From Fidelibacterota bacterium (GTDB lineage: Bacteria > Fidelibacterota > Marinisomatia > Marinisomatales > S15-B10), in NCBI GenBank assembly GCA_002729175.1, contig PBTS01000012.1:14526-32188 (forward strand): a DNA stretch of 17,663 nucleotides, written 5' to 3'. The notes beneath the pieces were generated by a model, which worked only from the letters and a program-made list of their open reading frames with translations, ran no database searches and was not told where the DNA came from. Both the position numbers and the translations under genes were made by a program. Positions 1 through 7,738 of the stretch are shown in pieces. The stretch's first letter is position 1. Every line of letters starts with the position of its first letter.

Positions 1-392
1 CCACCACTGGAGCCGCCAGGAACTCTCTCCGGATCGAAAGGGTGCTTCGCAGCACCAAACACCGAGTGCTCACTGGAGGAACCCATGGCAAATTCATCGT
101 GGTTGGTTTTCGCCACAATGACACCCCCTTCATTCAGTATCCGGCTAACTACAGTAGAATGATATGGTGAATGGAAGTTATCTAAAACATGGGAGGCGCA
201 GGAAAGGGGCCACCCTTTGATAGCAATGTTGTCTTTAATGGCAACTGTAGCCCCATTCAGCAGGCCGCATTCGAGCCGGTCCTCAAGATAGAGCGCACTA
301 CCCTGATGGACAATCGCATTGCGGTCCTTGAACAGATCCGCGGTATCGTTGAAACTTGTTAGATCTGGTATTGGAGTAGCCGGTTCAGGCAC
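1..392 (-). CDS. gatA: Asp-tRNA(Asn)/Glu-tRNA(Gln) amidotransferase subunit A, 5' part (runs off the window edge)
   Basis: Manual translation from GTG at 392: [11 protein letters not shown]...[88 protein letters not shown]. It has the amidase catalytic Lys (IKDN), [12 protein letters not shown] and the PGGSSG signature. The start overlaps the tatA stop by 8 nt; an alternative in-frame ATG lies at 443. Confidence 0.9.
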   Translation of the reverse strand, partial: MPEPATPIPDLTSFNDTADLFKDRNAIVHQGSALYLEDRLECGLLNGATVAIKDNIAIKGWPLSCASHVLDNFHSPYHSTVVSRILNEGGVIVAKTNHDEFAMGSSSEHSVFGAAKHPFDPERVPGGSSG

Positions 393-621
393 CGGAGGAG
401 TGATCGGGCTCCTGCGTTTTTTCAACTGAATCGACTGCTTCATCGAGTTCTTTTTCTATTCCCTCGACGGCACCCTTGAATTCCCGCAGTCCCTTTCCTA
501 AGCCTTTTGCAAGTTCCGGCAGTCGTTTTGCACCGAACAGAAGAAGTACAACAAGAAAAATTAGGAGTACTTCCCAGCCGCCAATACCGACCATAAAAGG
601 AAGATTCATTATTTGAAACAT
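385..621 (-). CDS. tatA: Twin-arginine translocase TatA/TatE subunit
   Basis: [38 protein letters not shown] gives the TM helix, FG hinge and amphipathic helix. Start placed at ATG 621 because GGAGGT lies 4 nt upstream; the ORF-track TTG at 633 overlaps that RBS. Confidence 0.95.
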   Translation of the reverse strand: MFQIMNLPFMVGIGGWEVLLIFLVVLLLFGAKRLPELAKGLGKGLREFKGAVEGIEKELDEAVDSVEKTQEPDHSSGA

Positions 622-625
622 TTCA

Positions 626-631
626 ACCTCC
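626..631 (-). promoter_or_regulatory. Shine-Dalgarno site for tatA
   Basis: Minus strand reads TTTGGAGGTTGAAATG, a perfect GGAGGT just upstream of the ATG at 621. Confidence 0.8.
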
Positions 632-639
632 AAAGTTGA

Positions 640-930
640 CTATCGAAAATACCTCAAAAAATAGTATGATACAGCAAGACCAAAGATTGTAGCAAAGTTA
701 AGTCGAAATTTAAGACCAAAGATCAGCACAATGACACCAATGTCCAGCGAAATAGCATCGTTCGGTGCGCCTATAAGTCCGCCCAAAGAAAATTCCGTGC
801 TTTGAAGAAAAAATTGTTTCACTACCCCCTCCGGCAGAACAAAACCGACTAAGTTACCGAAAAGGGTACCGATTATAGCGCCGACAAAGAGAACCAGAAT
901 CACAACCTTTAAGTCTCGTCTACTGACCAT
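640..930 (-). CDS. Small membrane protein, DUF4321-like (96 aa)
   Basis: MVSRRDLKVVILVLFVGAIIGTLFGNLVG...ISLDIGVIVLIFGLKFRLNFATIFGLAVSYYFLRYFR resembles the DUF4321 pattern from memory. ATG 930 follows AAGGAAGGGG and overlaps the pssA end by 11 nt; the longer ORF-track start (1020) lies deep inside pssA. Confidence 0.75.
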   Translation of the reverse strand: MVSRRDLKVVILVLFVGAIIGTLFGNLVGFVLPEGVVKQFFLQSTEFSLGGLIGAPNDAISLDIGVIVLIFGLKFRLNFATIFGLAVSYYFLRYFR

Positions 931-1684
931 GGCGACCCCTTCCTTTTCTTCCAATCCACATGAGACGTGGACGTGGCTCAGTATCATCGTGGTGTATAAG
1001 TAATCTGATGAAACCGCCAACCACGTACATCATGGTGAGGGGAAAAAGCACAAGACCACGCCACCAGGTGAGTGCTGCGAGGCTCAGCAGGAAGAAAATG
1101 ACCCTAATTCTTGAATGCCACCCTTTACCGATGTAGGTCAGTTTAGGATAAGCGAGGTGACTCACCATAAGCAAAGAAAGCAAAAGTACGAGCGGAAGGG
1201 CGATCTTCGGATCTCCGGTAATGCCAAGCAGCCGACTGTTAAATATAACGAAAGAGCTGAGGGTTACTGCAAATGCGGTTGACGGCAAACCCGAATAAAA
1301 TGGTGACGGCGTCTCTGTGGCGTCTTGGTTAAAGCGGGCCAGTCGAAATGCACCGGCAAACAGAGGCACGAAGCTGACGGCGGCTGCCAGAAGTGGATGA
1401 AAATCCTGCACAAACGAGAAATAGATTAGTACCGCCGGAGCGGTACAAAAAGAAACCACATCGGCAATAGAATCAAATTCAATACCGAAAGGTGTGGTCA
1501 CTTTAAGGGCGCGGGCCATGGGGCCGTCCAAGGCGTCAAAGAGAGCTGCAGCCAAGATGAGCCAGCAGGCATTTTCAATTCGCCCCTGAGAAGCCTGAAT
1601 AATGGCCAGGAAACCGAAGAACAGGTTGAAGAATGTGAAAACACCAGGAACTGCCTGTTTTTTTACCCTTATATTGGGCGTCAT
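920..1684 (-). CDS. pssA: CDP-diacylglycerol--serine O-phosphatidyltransferase
   Basis: CDP-alcohol phosphatidyltransferase motif DALDGPMAR...FGIEFDSIAD, plus FRLARFN and GLPST; multi-TM; directly downstream of psd with an ATGA overlap. Confidence 0.93.
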   Translation of the reverse strand: MTPNIRVKKQAVPGVFTFFNLFFGFLAIIQASQGRIENACWLILAAALFDALDGPMARALKVTTPFGIEFDSIADVVSFCTAPAVLIYFSFVQDFHPLLAAAVSFVPLFAGAFRLARFNQDATETPSPFYSGLPSTAFAVTLSSFVIFNSRLLGITGDPKIALPLVLLLSLLMVSHLAYPKLTYIGKGWHSRIRVIFFLLSLAALTWWRGLVLFPLTMMYVVGGFIRLLIHHDDTEPRPRLMWIGRKGRGRHGQ

Positions 1685-2307
1685 GATAACTCTCCTATGA
1701 TTGATGAACCGCTTTTAACTCGATCACCAACTTTTACATTAATACTGGTTCCAGGCGGTACCACAAGATCGGTACGCGAACCAAATCGGATAAACCCGAG
1801 TGACTCACCACCAGAAACTTGTTGCCCTTCCTTGAGGTGGCAAATTATCCGTCTCGCCAGAATGCCAGCAATTTGTCTCACCCTCACAATTCCACCAGGC
1901 GATTGAATTTCCACATCAGTATGTTCATTAATTTCGGAAGCATCAGGATTAAAAGCAGCAAGGAACTGACCTTTTGAATAGTTCACCCGCGTCACTATGC
2001 CGTCTACCGGTGTTCGATTCCTATGCACATCAAAAACAGAGAGGAAAATGGACACTTTCTTTTCACCGTTCTCAGACTGAGAGACGTCTACCACTTTCCC
2101 GTCTGCCGGGGCCAGAACAATCTTATCTCCAACAGGAATTATTCTGGATGGATCCCTGAAAAAGATGAAACAAAAGCCAAGGAATACTATTAGAACCAGT
2201 GAAATCAACCGGAAAATTACAATGCCAATGCCCCAGGCAAGACTTGCCGATATAAATGTCACAACCGCCACTGTTGAAATGAACGATTTTCCTTCTGGTG
2301 CTACCAT
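1681..2307 (-). CDS. psd: Phosphatidylserine decarboxylase proenzyme (short Psd type)
   Basis: FFRDP, APADGKV, SIFLSVFDVHRNRTP, QIAGILARRI and the RFGSRTD self-cleavage (pyruvoyl) motif. ATG 2307 is preceded by AAGG; TTG 2313 is an alternative start. Confidence 0.95.
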   Translation of the reverse strand: MVAPEGKSFISTVAVVTFISASLAWGIGIVIFRLISLVLIVFLGFCFIFFRDPSRIIPVGDKIVLAPADGKVVDVSQSENGEKKVSIFLSVFDVHRNRTPVDGIVTRVNYSKGQFLAAFNPDASEINEHTDVEIQSPGGIVRVRQIAGILARRIICHLKEGQQVSGGESLGFIRFGSRTDLVVPPGTSINVKVGDRVKSGSSIIGELS

Positions 2308-2309
2308 GC

Positions 2310-3407
2310 TCAAGCCTTCTTCGCCAGTCTCAGTGATGTCTCATTCATTTCCCCTTCACGATAATATTCAATCTTCAACCTATCGCCAGGACGGAGGAAA
2401 TTTTCTTCGATGATCTCGACAATATCTCCGCCCGAATTCACTTTTTCCTTATTAATGTAATAAACCACATCCCCAACAAGTAATCCCGCTTTATCCGCTG
2501 GGCCGCGCTGGGAAACTTCAGTAATAATAAGTCCCCCCACACGAGGTAACTGGAGATATCTTGCCAGTGCCCTGTCAACACGCTGAAAACGAAATCCGAC
2601 AGCCACATTCCTGTCAATCCGACCATATTTCTTAAGCTCTTCGGCAATCTCTCTTGCCCTATCAATGGGGATGGCAAAACCGATGCCGATAGAACCTTCA
2701 CTGTACCCGCTACCTGTAAAGATGAACGTATTGATTCCAATCACTTCTCCAATGGCATTGCAAAGCGGTCCCCCACTGTTCCCCCGGTTGATAGCTGCGT
2801 CGGTCTGAATCATACCCTGATAGACGCGACCGGAATGTTCCCGTCCAAAATCGAGATTGGTTGAGCTGACCACACCAACCGTGGCTGTTGGCTGCTTGTT
2901 CACATCGAAAAGACCAAAAGGATTGCCCAGTGCAATGACCCATTCACCAATGAGGATATCCGTTGAATTCCCGAACTTTGCATAAGGAAGATTTTGACCA
3001 TCGATTTTAAGAACAGCAATGTCGGTGGTCAAATCCTCACCGATGAGTTCACCATCATACTCTTCTCCGCCCGGGAGCGTAACTAGAATCTGGGCCGCAT
3101 CTTCCACCACATGCTGGTTTGTGATGATGTATCCATCGGGACTGATGACAACACCTGAGCCAAGGTTAGGCACACGCTGCCTGTATGGCTCTTCAGGAAA
3201 GAGAAATCTGAACAGCGGGTCATCGATAAATGGGGAATTTCTGTATTGTTTCACCTGGATGACATTGATGCTGGCCACAGCAGGGCCCACCTTTTGAATG
3301 GCCCGGGTAATGGCATTCTCTCGGCTGCTGGTAACGTCCGAAGCCGCTAACGAAAGCGAGGCAAGCACCAGGAAATTTAGAATCGGTCTCATCTGCTTGA
3401 TAATCAT
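2310..3407 (-). CDS. htrA: HtrA/DegP-family periplasmic serine protease with one PDZ domain
   Basis: N-terminal signal peptide, LGSGVVIS, TNQHVV (His), TDIAVLK (Asp), QTDAAINRGNSGGPL (Ser), IGFAIP and a C-terminal PDZ (GPADKAGLLVGDVV). The exact paralog (degP/degQ/degS) is not resolved. Confidence 0.92.
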   Translation of the reverse strand: MIIKQMRPILNFLVLASLSLAASDVTSSRENAITRAIQKVGPAVASINVIQVKQYRNSPFIDDPLFRFLFPEEPYRQRVPNLGSGVVISPDGYIITNQHVVEDAAQILVTLPGGEEYDGELIGEDLTTDIAVLKIDGQNLPYAKFGNSTDILIGEWVIALGNPFGLFDVNKQPTATVGVVSSTNLDFGREHSGRVYQGMIQTDAAINRGNSGGPLCNAIGEVIGINTFIFTGSGYSEGSIGIGFAIPIDRAREIAEELKKYGRIDRNVAVGFRFQRVDRALARYLQLPRVGGLIITEVSQRGPADKAGLLVGDVVYYINKEKVNSGGDIVEIIEENFLRPGDRLKIEYYREGEMNETSLRLAKKA

Positions 3408-4138
3408 GCGTAAGTCACTTTTTCCAGGCGGAGTCCATGGGCAGGGGCCCGGAAAACTTTTGCCTCTGGATTTCTCTCTTCCAATATGTTTGAAAATTGT
3501 TCAACAGTCATTCTGCCTATTGCAACTTCCACCATGGTCCCCACAAGACACCGAACAAGGTGCTGCAAGAACCGATTTGCCTCTATTTTGAAAATTACGA
3601 AAGAGCCGTCGTTTATCCATTCAGATTGATAGACTGTGCACCGACGGTTTTCCTGCTGCGGGATATGTTTACAGAATGAGGTAAAATCAATCTCACCCAT
3701 TAATGTTTTTGCACATTGATGCAAAGAGTCTACAGGTATAGATTCAGAAATCTCCCAAGAAAATCTTCTCTCCAGGGGCGATCTCCCCAAAAAACATTTA
3801 TAATTGTATAACCTTCTCACAGCGCTGAAACGGGCATGGAACTCGTCAGGAGCCAGTTCACAGGAATGGACCATCAAATCCTTTTCGCTGTTTCCATTGA
3901 TGGCATCTACCAGCTTTTCAGACTCCCACGTTTTTTCAAGGGTAAAGTTTGCCACCTGCCCACGAGCATGCACGCCGGCGTCAGTACGCCCCGCACCGTG
4001 GATCCGAACTGGAGAATTTCCGTTCAAAAGAGAGAGGGCCCGCTCCAGTTCACCTTGAACCGTCCTTTTATCAGGTTGGAGCTGCCATCCTGAAAAGTCT
4101 GTACCATCATACTCTATAACGATCTTGTAATTAGACAA
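3404..4138 (-). CDS. truA: tRNA pseudouridine(38-40) synthase TruA
   Basis: IEYDGTDFSGWQ, GAGRTDAGVHARGQV (catalytic Asp), FHARFSA, FLQHLVRCLVG, APAHGL; TTG start. Confidence 0.97.
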   Translation of the reverse strand: MSNYKIVIEYDGTDFSGWQLQPDKRTVQGELERALSLLNGNSPVRIHGAGRTDAGVHARGQVANFTLEKTWESEKLVDAINGNSEKDLMVHSCELAPDEFHARFSAVRRLYNYKCFLGRSPLERRFSWEISESIPVDSLHQCAKTLMGEIDFTSFCKHIPQQENRRCTVYQSEWINDGSFVIFKIEANRFLQHLVRCLVGTMVEVAIGRMTVEQFSNILEERNPEAKVFRAPAHGLRLEKVTYA

Positions 4139-4856
4139 TGAATGTTCGACCGGTTATAAAAAAGAGAGCCACCATCAAAATAATACCATCCCAAAGTCCA
4201 AAGTGGACAGGCCAGGCCACGGTTCTCGGTAAAACTTTACCGTATCCCCTTCCTTCCATGGCCAATCCGATCTGTTCGGCCCTATGGATGCAGATAACCA
4301 CAAGAGTCGGGAGGTGCTCAGCAACTTTCTTGATCTGGGTCCATCTCGATCTTGAAGTTTCAATACCGAGCGCCTTCTCCATCCCCATGAGCGCTTTAAC
4401 TTCCTCCATCACCATAGGAAAAAATCTCAGTGTCAGATCGAAAAGCTGAAATAAGTCTTCTACGGGGCGCCATTTCAGTTTCAGCCGGAACCAGAGGGTT
4501 CTGAGAGCATCAATCAGTTCGGCGGAAGAAACAAGTTCGAGAAAGATGGATGTCCCCACCACCATAAGCACAATCTTTGCCAAGGCCAGAAGCGCCAGCT
4601 GAAAAATAACTATAAGTGGGTCGGGTGTGATAACCAAAGAGACCAAGCAATAGATAGCAGTCATAACAGGGAGAAAGGTGATTATGGGACGAATCCTTAA
4701 AATGACCGATACGTAAGGTACTCGAAGAAACAATCCGGCAAGAATGATTGAAAAGAAGTGCAGGCCATAACCGGTGCCCGTTTCAGTAGAAAAAAGTGAG
4801 AATAGATAAACCATCAGCAGAAAGAGCAGTGTCAATGGATTGAGTCGCCGGTTCAC
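4131..4856 (-). CDS. ecfT: Energy-coupling factor transporter transmembrane component T (EcfT/CbiQ family), divergent
   Basis: N-terminal RLNP, several TM helices, ELIDALR, LTLRFFPMVMEE and RAEQIGLAMEGRGY (second X-R-G coupling motif). It lies directly upstream of truA. Confidence 0.85.
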   Translation of the reverse strand: MNRRLNPLTLLFLLMVYLFSLFSTETGTGYGLHFFSIILAGLFLRVPYVSVILRIRPIITFLPVMTAIYCLVSLVITPDPLIVIFQLALLALAKIVLMVVGTSIFLELVSSAELIDALRTLWFRLKLKWRPVEDLFQLFDLTLRFFPMVMEEVKALMGMEKALGIETSRSRWTQIKKVAEHLPTLVVICIHRAEQIGLAMEGRGYGKVLPRTVAWPVHFGLWDGIILMVALFFITGRTFIV

Positions 4857-4860
4857 AGTT

Positions 4861-5496
4861 TCAAAAAGGGAGTGTTATAACCATCTCCGCCCCAGCGGAA
4901 GCAACCTCCCCAGACAAGGGCCGGAAATTCAGCGACAGCTCAGAATCTTTCAGTTTTGTCAGATAGGAAACATCGATGGCAGACGAAATTCGATTCACAA
5001 TCATCCCCCCTACGGCAAAGAGAGTAATTTTTTCCGCCAATGCACGGCTGCGAAGAAAGGTCCAGTAATGCTCCCGATGGTCTTCACTGGTCCACATCCA
5101 GTCGTAACCTTCCGCCGGGTAAACCCGGCTTGGGAGCCGCCGCCGCTGCTGCTGCTCGTTGAATTCATCAAAGCTCATATAGTTTGCTACATCAACGGCA
5201 AATTGGTGTTCTTTTCCATCAAGATCGGCGCCGGCGTGAACGGCTGCATAAGAGACCATCTTCGATCGGCTCCGGTGCATAACCACATTGGATTCAATGA
5301 CTGTTAGCCAGAGACCAAGTTCGATACCACCAAAAAATTTTGCCCTCCGATTTTCACCCAGCTTCAATTCACCGAAGCCGGGAACCAAAGCTGAGCTAAT
5401 AATGAGTGAATTGGCCTTTTTCTCACTTTTCGCCGGTGGGTCAGTGGCTGACAGGTGAGTAGATACAATTATAAGTATGGGAATTACAGTTCTCAT
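4861..5496 (-). CDS. Hypothetical exported/membrane protein, DUF5683-like N-terminal motif (211 aa)
   Basis: ATG 5496 forms an ATGA overlap with the lnt stop. Signal-peptide-like MRTVIPILIIVSTHLSA, SALVPGFGEL motif, SAIDV motif and a C-terminal Phe. The family call is from memory only. Confidence 0.65.
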   Translation of the reverse strand: MRTVIPILIIVSTHLSATDPPAKSEKKANSLIISSALVPGFGELKLGENRRAKFFGGIELGLWLTVIESNVVMHRSRSKMVSYAAVHAGADLDGKEHQFAVDVANYMSFDEFNEQQQRRRLPSRVYPAEGYDWMWTSEDHREHYWTFLRSRALAEKITLFAVGGMIVNRISSAIDVSYLTKLKDSELSLNFRPLSGEVASAGAEMVITLPF

Positions 5497-6998
5497 TCTC
5501 TGGTTCGCTTCCACCCCACACCGACCATGACAACACTGAAAAGTAGCGACCACGGTAAAATCCAGTTGCCGTGGCGCCGATAAAAAGTGTGCTCTTTCAC
5601 CGGCATAATGGAAGCTGTTATGACACCGGTTTCACCGATACCCATGGATTTCACTTCACGCCCCCGCCTGTCGATGATCGCTGAGATACCTGTATTCGCT
5701 GAGCGAACTACTGGATACCTGTTCTCAATGGCTCGAAGTCTTGCGATAGCCTCATGCTGATAAGGCTCAGCGGATGTACCGTACCAGCCATCGTTTACCA
5801 CAATGACCAGGAACTGGGCACCTCGGCGGTTAAGCCCGTTGACAATAGTGGGAAAGACTGATTCAAAACATATAATTGATGCAAAAGAGACTTCATTCAC
5901 CTGAAATATGGTTTCTTCCGTTCCTTTGGTGTAGTGACCGAGATTAAGTTCTTCTGAGGCAGGAAGCTGACGGGCAAAGGGGTTGAACTCCGCCAACGGC
6001 ACCAGCTGCTGCTTATGGTAAACGGGAATTGATCCGTCTTCACGGATGAGTGCAGCACTGTTGTGATAGGCTCGCCTTCCTTTCACGCTGGACCAGTCCA
6101 CGGTCCCTGTGAGGAGTGGAATACCCGTCTGCCGGATTCTTTGCTTTAATTGATATAATCTCCGGAAATTTTTTGTAATAAAGGCCGGCGTTGCTGCTTC
6201 TGGCCAAATGATCAAATCGGGCTCCGATTCCGCCGCCACCATATAGAGTGAATCGAGACGGTCGAAAACCCAATCGCGCTTGTCCGGCTGCCATTTTTCA
6301 TGAGGACCAACATTGGGCTGCACAACAGCTACATCTACCCTTTTCGTTTCATCTGTTTCAGGCAGAATGACTAACCTACCATAACCGGTGAGCCAGACGA
6401 TTACAATTACCACGATGGCAGTCCGGACCACCCGGGGCATCCACGCCGTCCGGGGGAACGTCAGTAGGCCGTAAAGAATCACATTCACGGTAACTAGCCA
6501 AAATGAGATTCCATAGATGCCGGTCCACTCAGCCATCTGGATAACAGGAAGATAATCGGTCTGTGTAGTGGCCAGCGAAACCCATGGAAACCCCATGGGT
6601 CCAAGGGACATTCCATATTCGAGTGCCACCCAGAGAAAAGGCATGAGCACAAGGCCGGCCCCACTCTGGAGGTGAATCCACGAAAACAAAAAGGAAAAGA
6701 TGGCCCAAAAGATGGCGAGATAGATTGCCGCAGCCATCATGGCTGTGAACACCACGGGAAATGAGGCACCGATGTTAAATGAGAGCCAGTGAAGTGCCAA
6801 AACATTGGTGACAAAACCGGTAAGGTAGCCCACACCAGCCGCTTTCCAGGGAGTCAGGCGAAAAACAGCCCTGATGAATGGGATCAGACCAATCCAAGCG
6901 AGAAACCCGAGCTTGAACGGCGGGAATGAAGCGCCAATGAGAAAGCCCGATAGAATGGCAAGCTGCCAGCTTTTTAATTTTTCCAGATGTTTTATCAC
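5493..6998 (-). CDS. lnt: Apolipoprotein N-acyltransferase
   Basis: N-terminal TM bundle, GFPW, VQPN, and the nitrilase triad WPEAA (Glu), YHKQQLVPLAE (Lys), ICFES (Cys); also NDGWYG, RAIENR and RSANTGIS. GTG start overlaps the ruvX stop. Confidence 0.96.
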   Translation of the reverse strand: MIKHLEKLKSWQLAILSGFLIGASFPPFKLGFLAWIGLIPFIRAVFRLTPWKAAGVGYLTGFVTNVLALHWLSFNIGASFPVVFTAMMAAAIYLAIFWAIFSFLFSWIHLQSGAGLVLMPFLWVALEYGMSLGPMGFPWVSLATTQTDYLPVIQMAEWTGIYGISFWLVTVNVILYGLLTFPRTAWMPRVVRTAIVVIVIVWLTGYGRLVILPETDETKRVDVAVVQPNVGPHEKWQPDKRDWVFDRLDSLYMVAAESEPDLIIWPEAATPAFITKNFRRLYQLKQRIRQTGIPLLTGTVDWSSVKGRRAYHNSAALIREDGSIPVYHKQQLVPLAEFNPFARQLPASEELNLGHYTKGTEETIFQVNEVSFASIICFESVFPTIVNGLNRRGAQFLVIVVNDGWYGTSAEPYQHEAIARLRAIENRYPVVRSANTGISAIIDRRGREVKSMGIGETGVITASIMPVKEHTFYRRHGNWILPWSLLFSVVMVGVGWKRTRE

Positions 6999-7411
6999 TG
7001 TTTCTTACCGTCCAAATAACTTTGAAGAATGATCGCCGCCGCTGTTGAATCGACCATGCCTTTGTTACGGCTTGGCTGATGCCCCTGTTCCCGAAGGATG
7101 CGGCCGGCTTCCACAGAACTGAGCCTCTCATCTGCGGAGTCAACAGAAATAGACAGTTGACCACGAAGTTCGGTTATGAATTGTTGCACCGTCTCAGTCT
7201 GTGCTGTCACCTGACCTTTCATCCCGAAAGGCATCCCTACTACCACACCTGCTATATCTTCTGATACAACTCGCTCTTTCAACTGTTGAAAAAGGTCCTT
7301 TTTTGATTTGAATAGGATGGTATCAAGGGCGGAAGCGATAGTTCCGGTGGGATCAGAGATGGCTAGGCCCACTCTCTTTTCACCGTAATCGATGCCCAGG
7401 AGTCTTCCCAT
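6995..7411 (-). CDS. ruvX: YqgF/RuvX family RNase H-fold nuclease (pre-16S rRNA processing)
   Basis: LLGIDYGEKRVGLAISD, VVGMP, DERLSS and VDSTAAAIILQSYLD. Confidence 0.96.
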   Translation of the reverse strand: MGRLLGIDYGEKRVGLAISDPTGTIASALDTILFKSKKDLFQQLKERVVSEDIAGVVVGMPFGMKGQVTAQTETVQQFITELRGQLSISVDSADERLSSVEAGRILREQGHQPSRNKGMVDSTAAAIILQSYLDGKKQ

Positions 7412-7429
7412 ATTGGGCCCAAATCTTAT

Positions 7430-7738
7430 TTAGAGCGGTTTCCTGAGGGAGGATTTGAGCAGTTTGCCCGGCTTAAAGTGTGACTTTCGGTGAGGCGGTA
7501 CATAAACCTCCTCGTTGGTCCTGGGATTCCTCGCCCGCGGTTTTGCTTTTGCCGGTTTAACAGAGAAAGTTCCAAAGTTTCGAAGCTCAATCCGGGTAAT
7601 GTCCCGATCTTCGCTCATCATTTCGCGCATTACATTAAATGTTTCAGCCACAACTTCATGTGTTTTCGATGTCGGCAGATCAAGACGACCCGCCACCTGC
7701 TTAGCTATTTCTTTCTTGGTATAATTCTTTTTTTTCAC
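7430..7738 (-). CDS. HU/IHF-family DNA-binding protein (IHF-beta-like)
   Basis: TKKEIA, IELRNFGTFSVK, ARNPRTNEEVYVP and FKPGK; GTG start overlaps the rel stop (GTGA). Confidence 0.92.
   Translation of the reverse strand: MKKKNYTKKEIAKQVAGRLDLPTSKTHEVVAETFNVMREMMSEDRDITRIELRNFGTFSVKPAKAKPRARNPRTNEEVYVPPHRKSHFKPGKLLKSSLRKPL

Noticed and set aside
5135..5157. Short GCC/GCT trinucleotide run
   Set aside because: It encodes QQQRRR within a CDS and is too short to be a functional repeat.
4840..5307. 155-aa plus-strand ORF
   Set aside because: Antisense to the minus-strand hypothetical gene, which fits the operon (ATGA coupling, signal peptide) much better.
4861..5496. Hypothetical protein as the missing ECF S component
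   Set aside because: S components have about six TM helices; this protein is largely hydrophilic, with a signal peptide and only two or three hydrophobic stretches.
7727..7735. A8G tract (A AAA AAG slippery motif) at the rel/HU junction as a frameshift or fusion signal
   Set aside because: It lies after the rel stop and encodes the HU N-terminal KKK; both alternative frames stop within about 10 codons.
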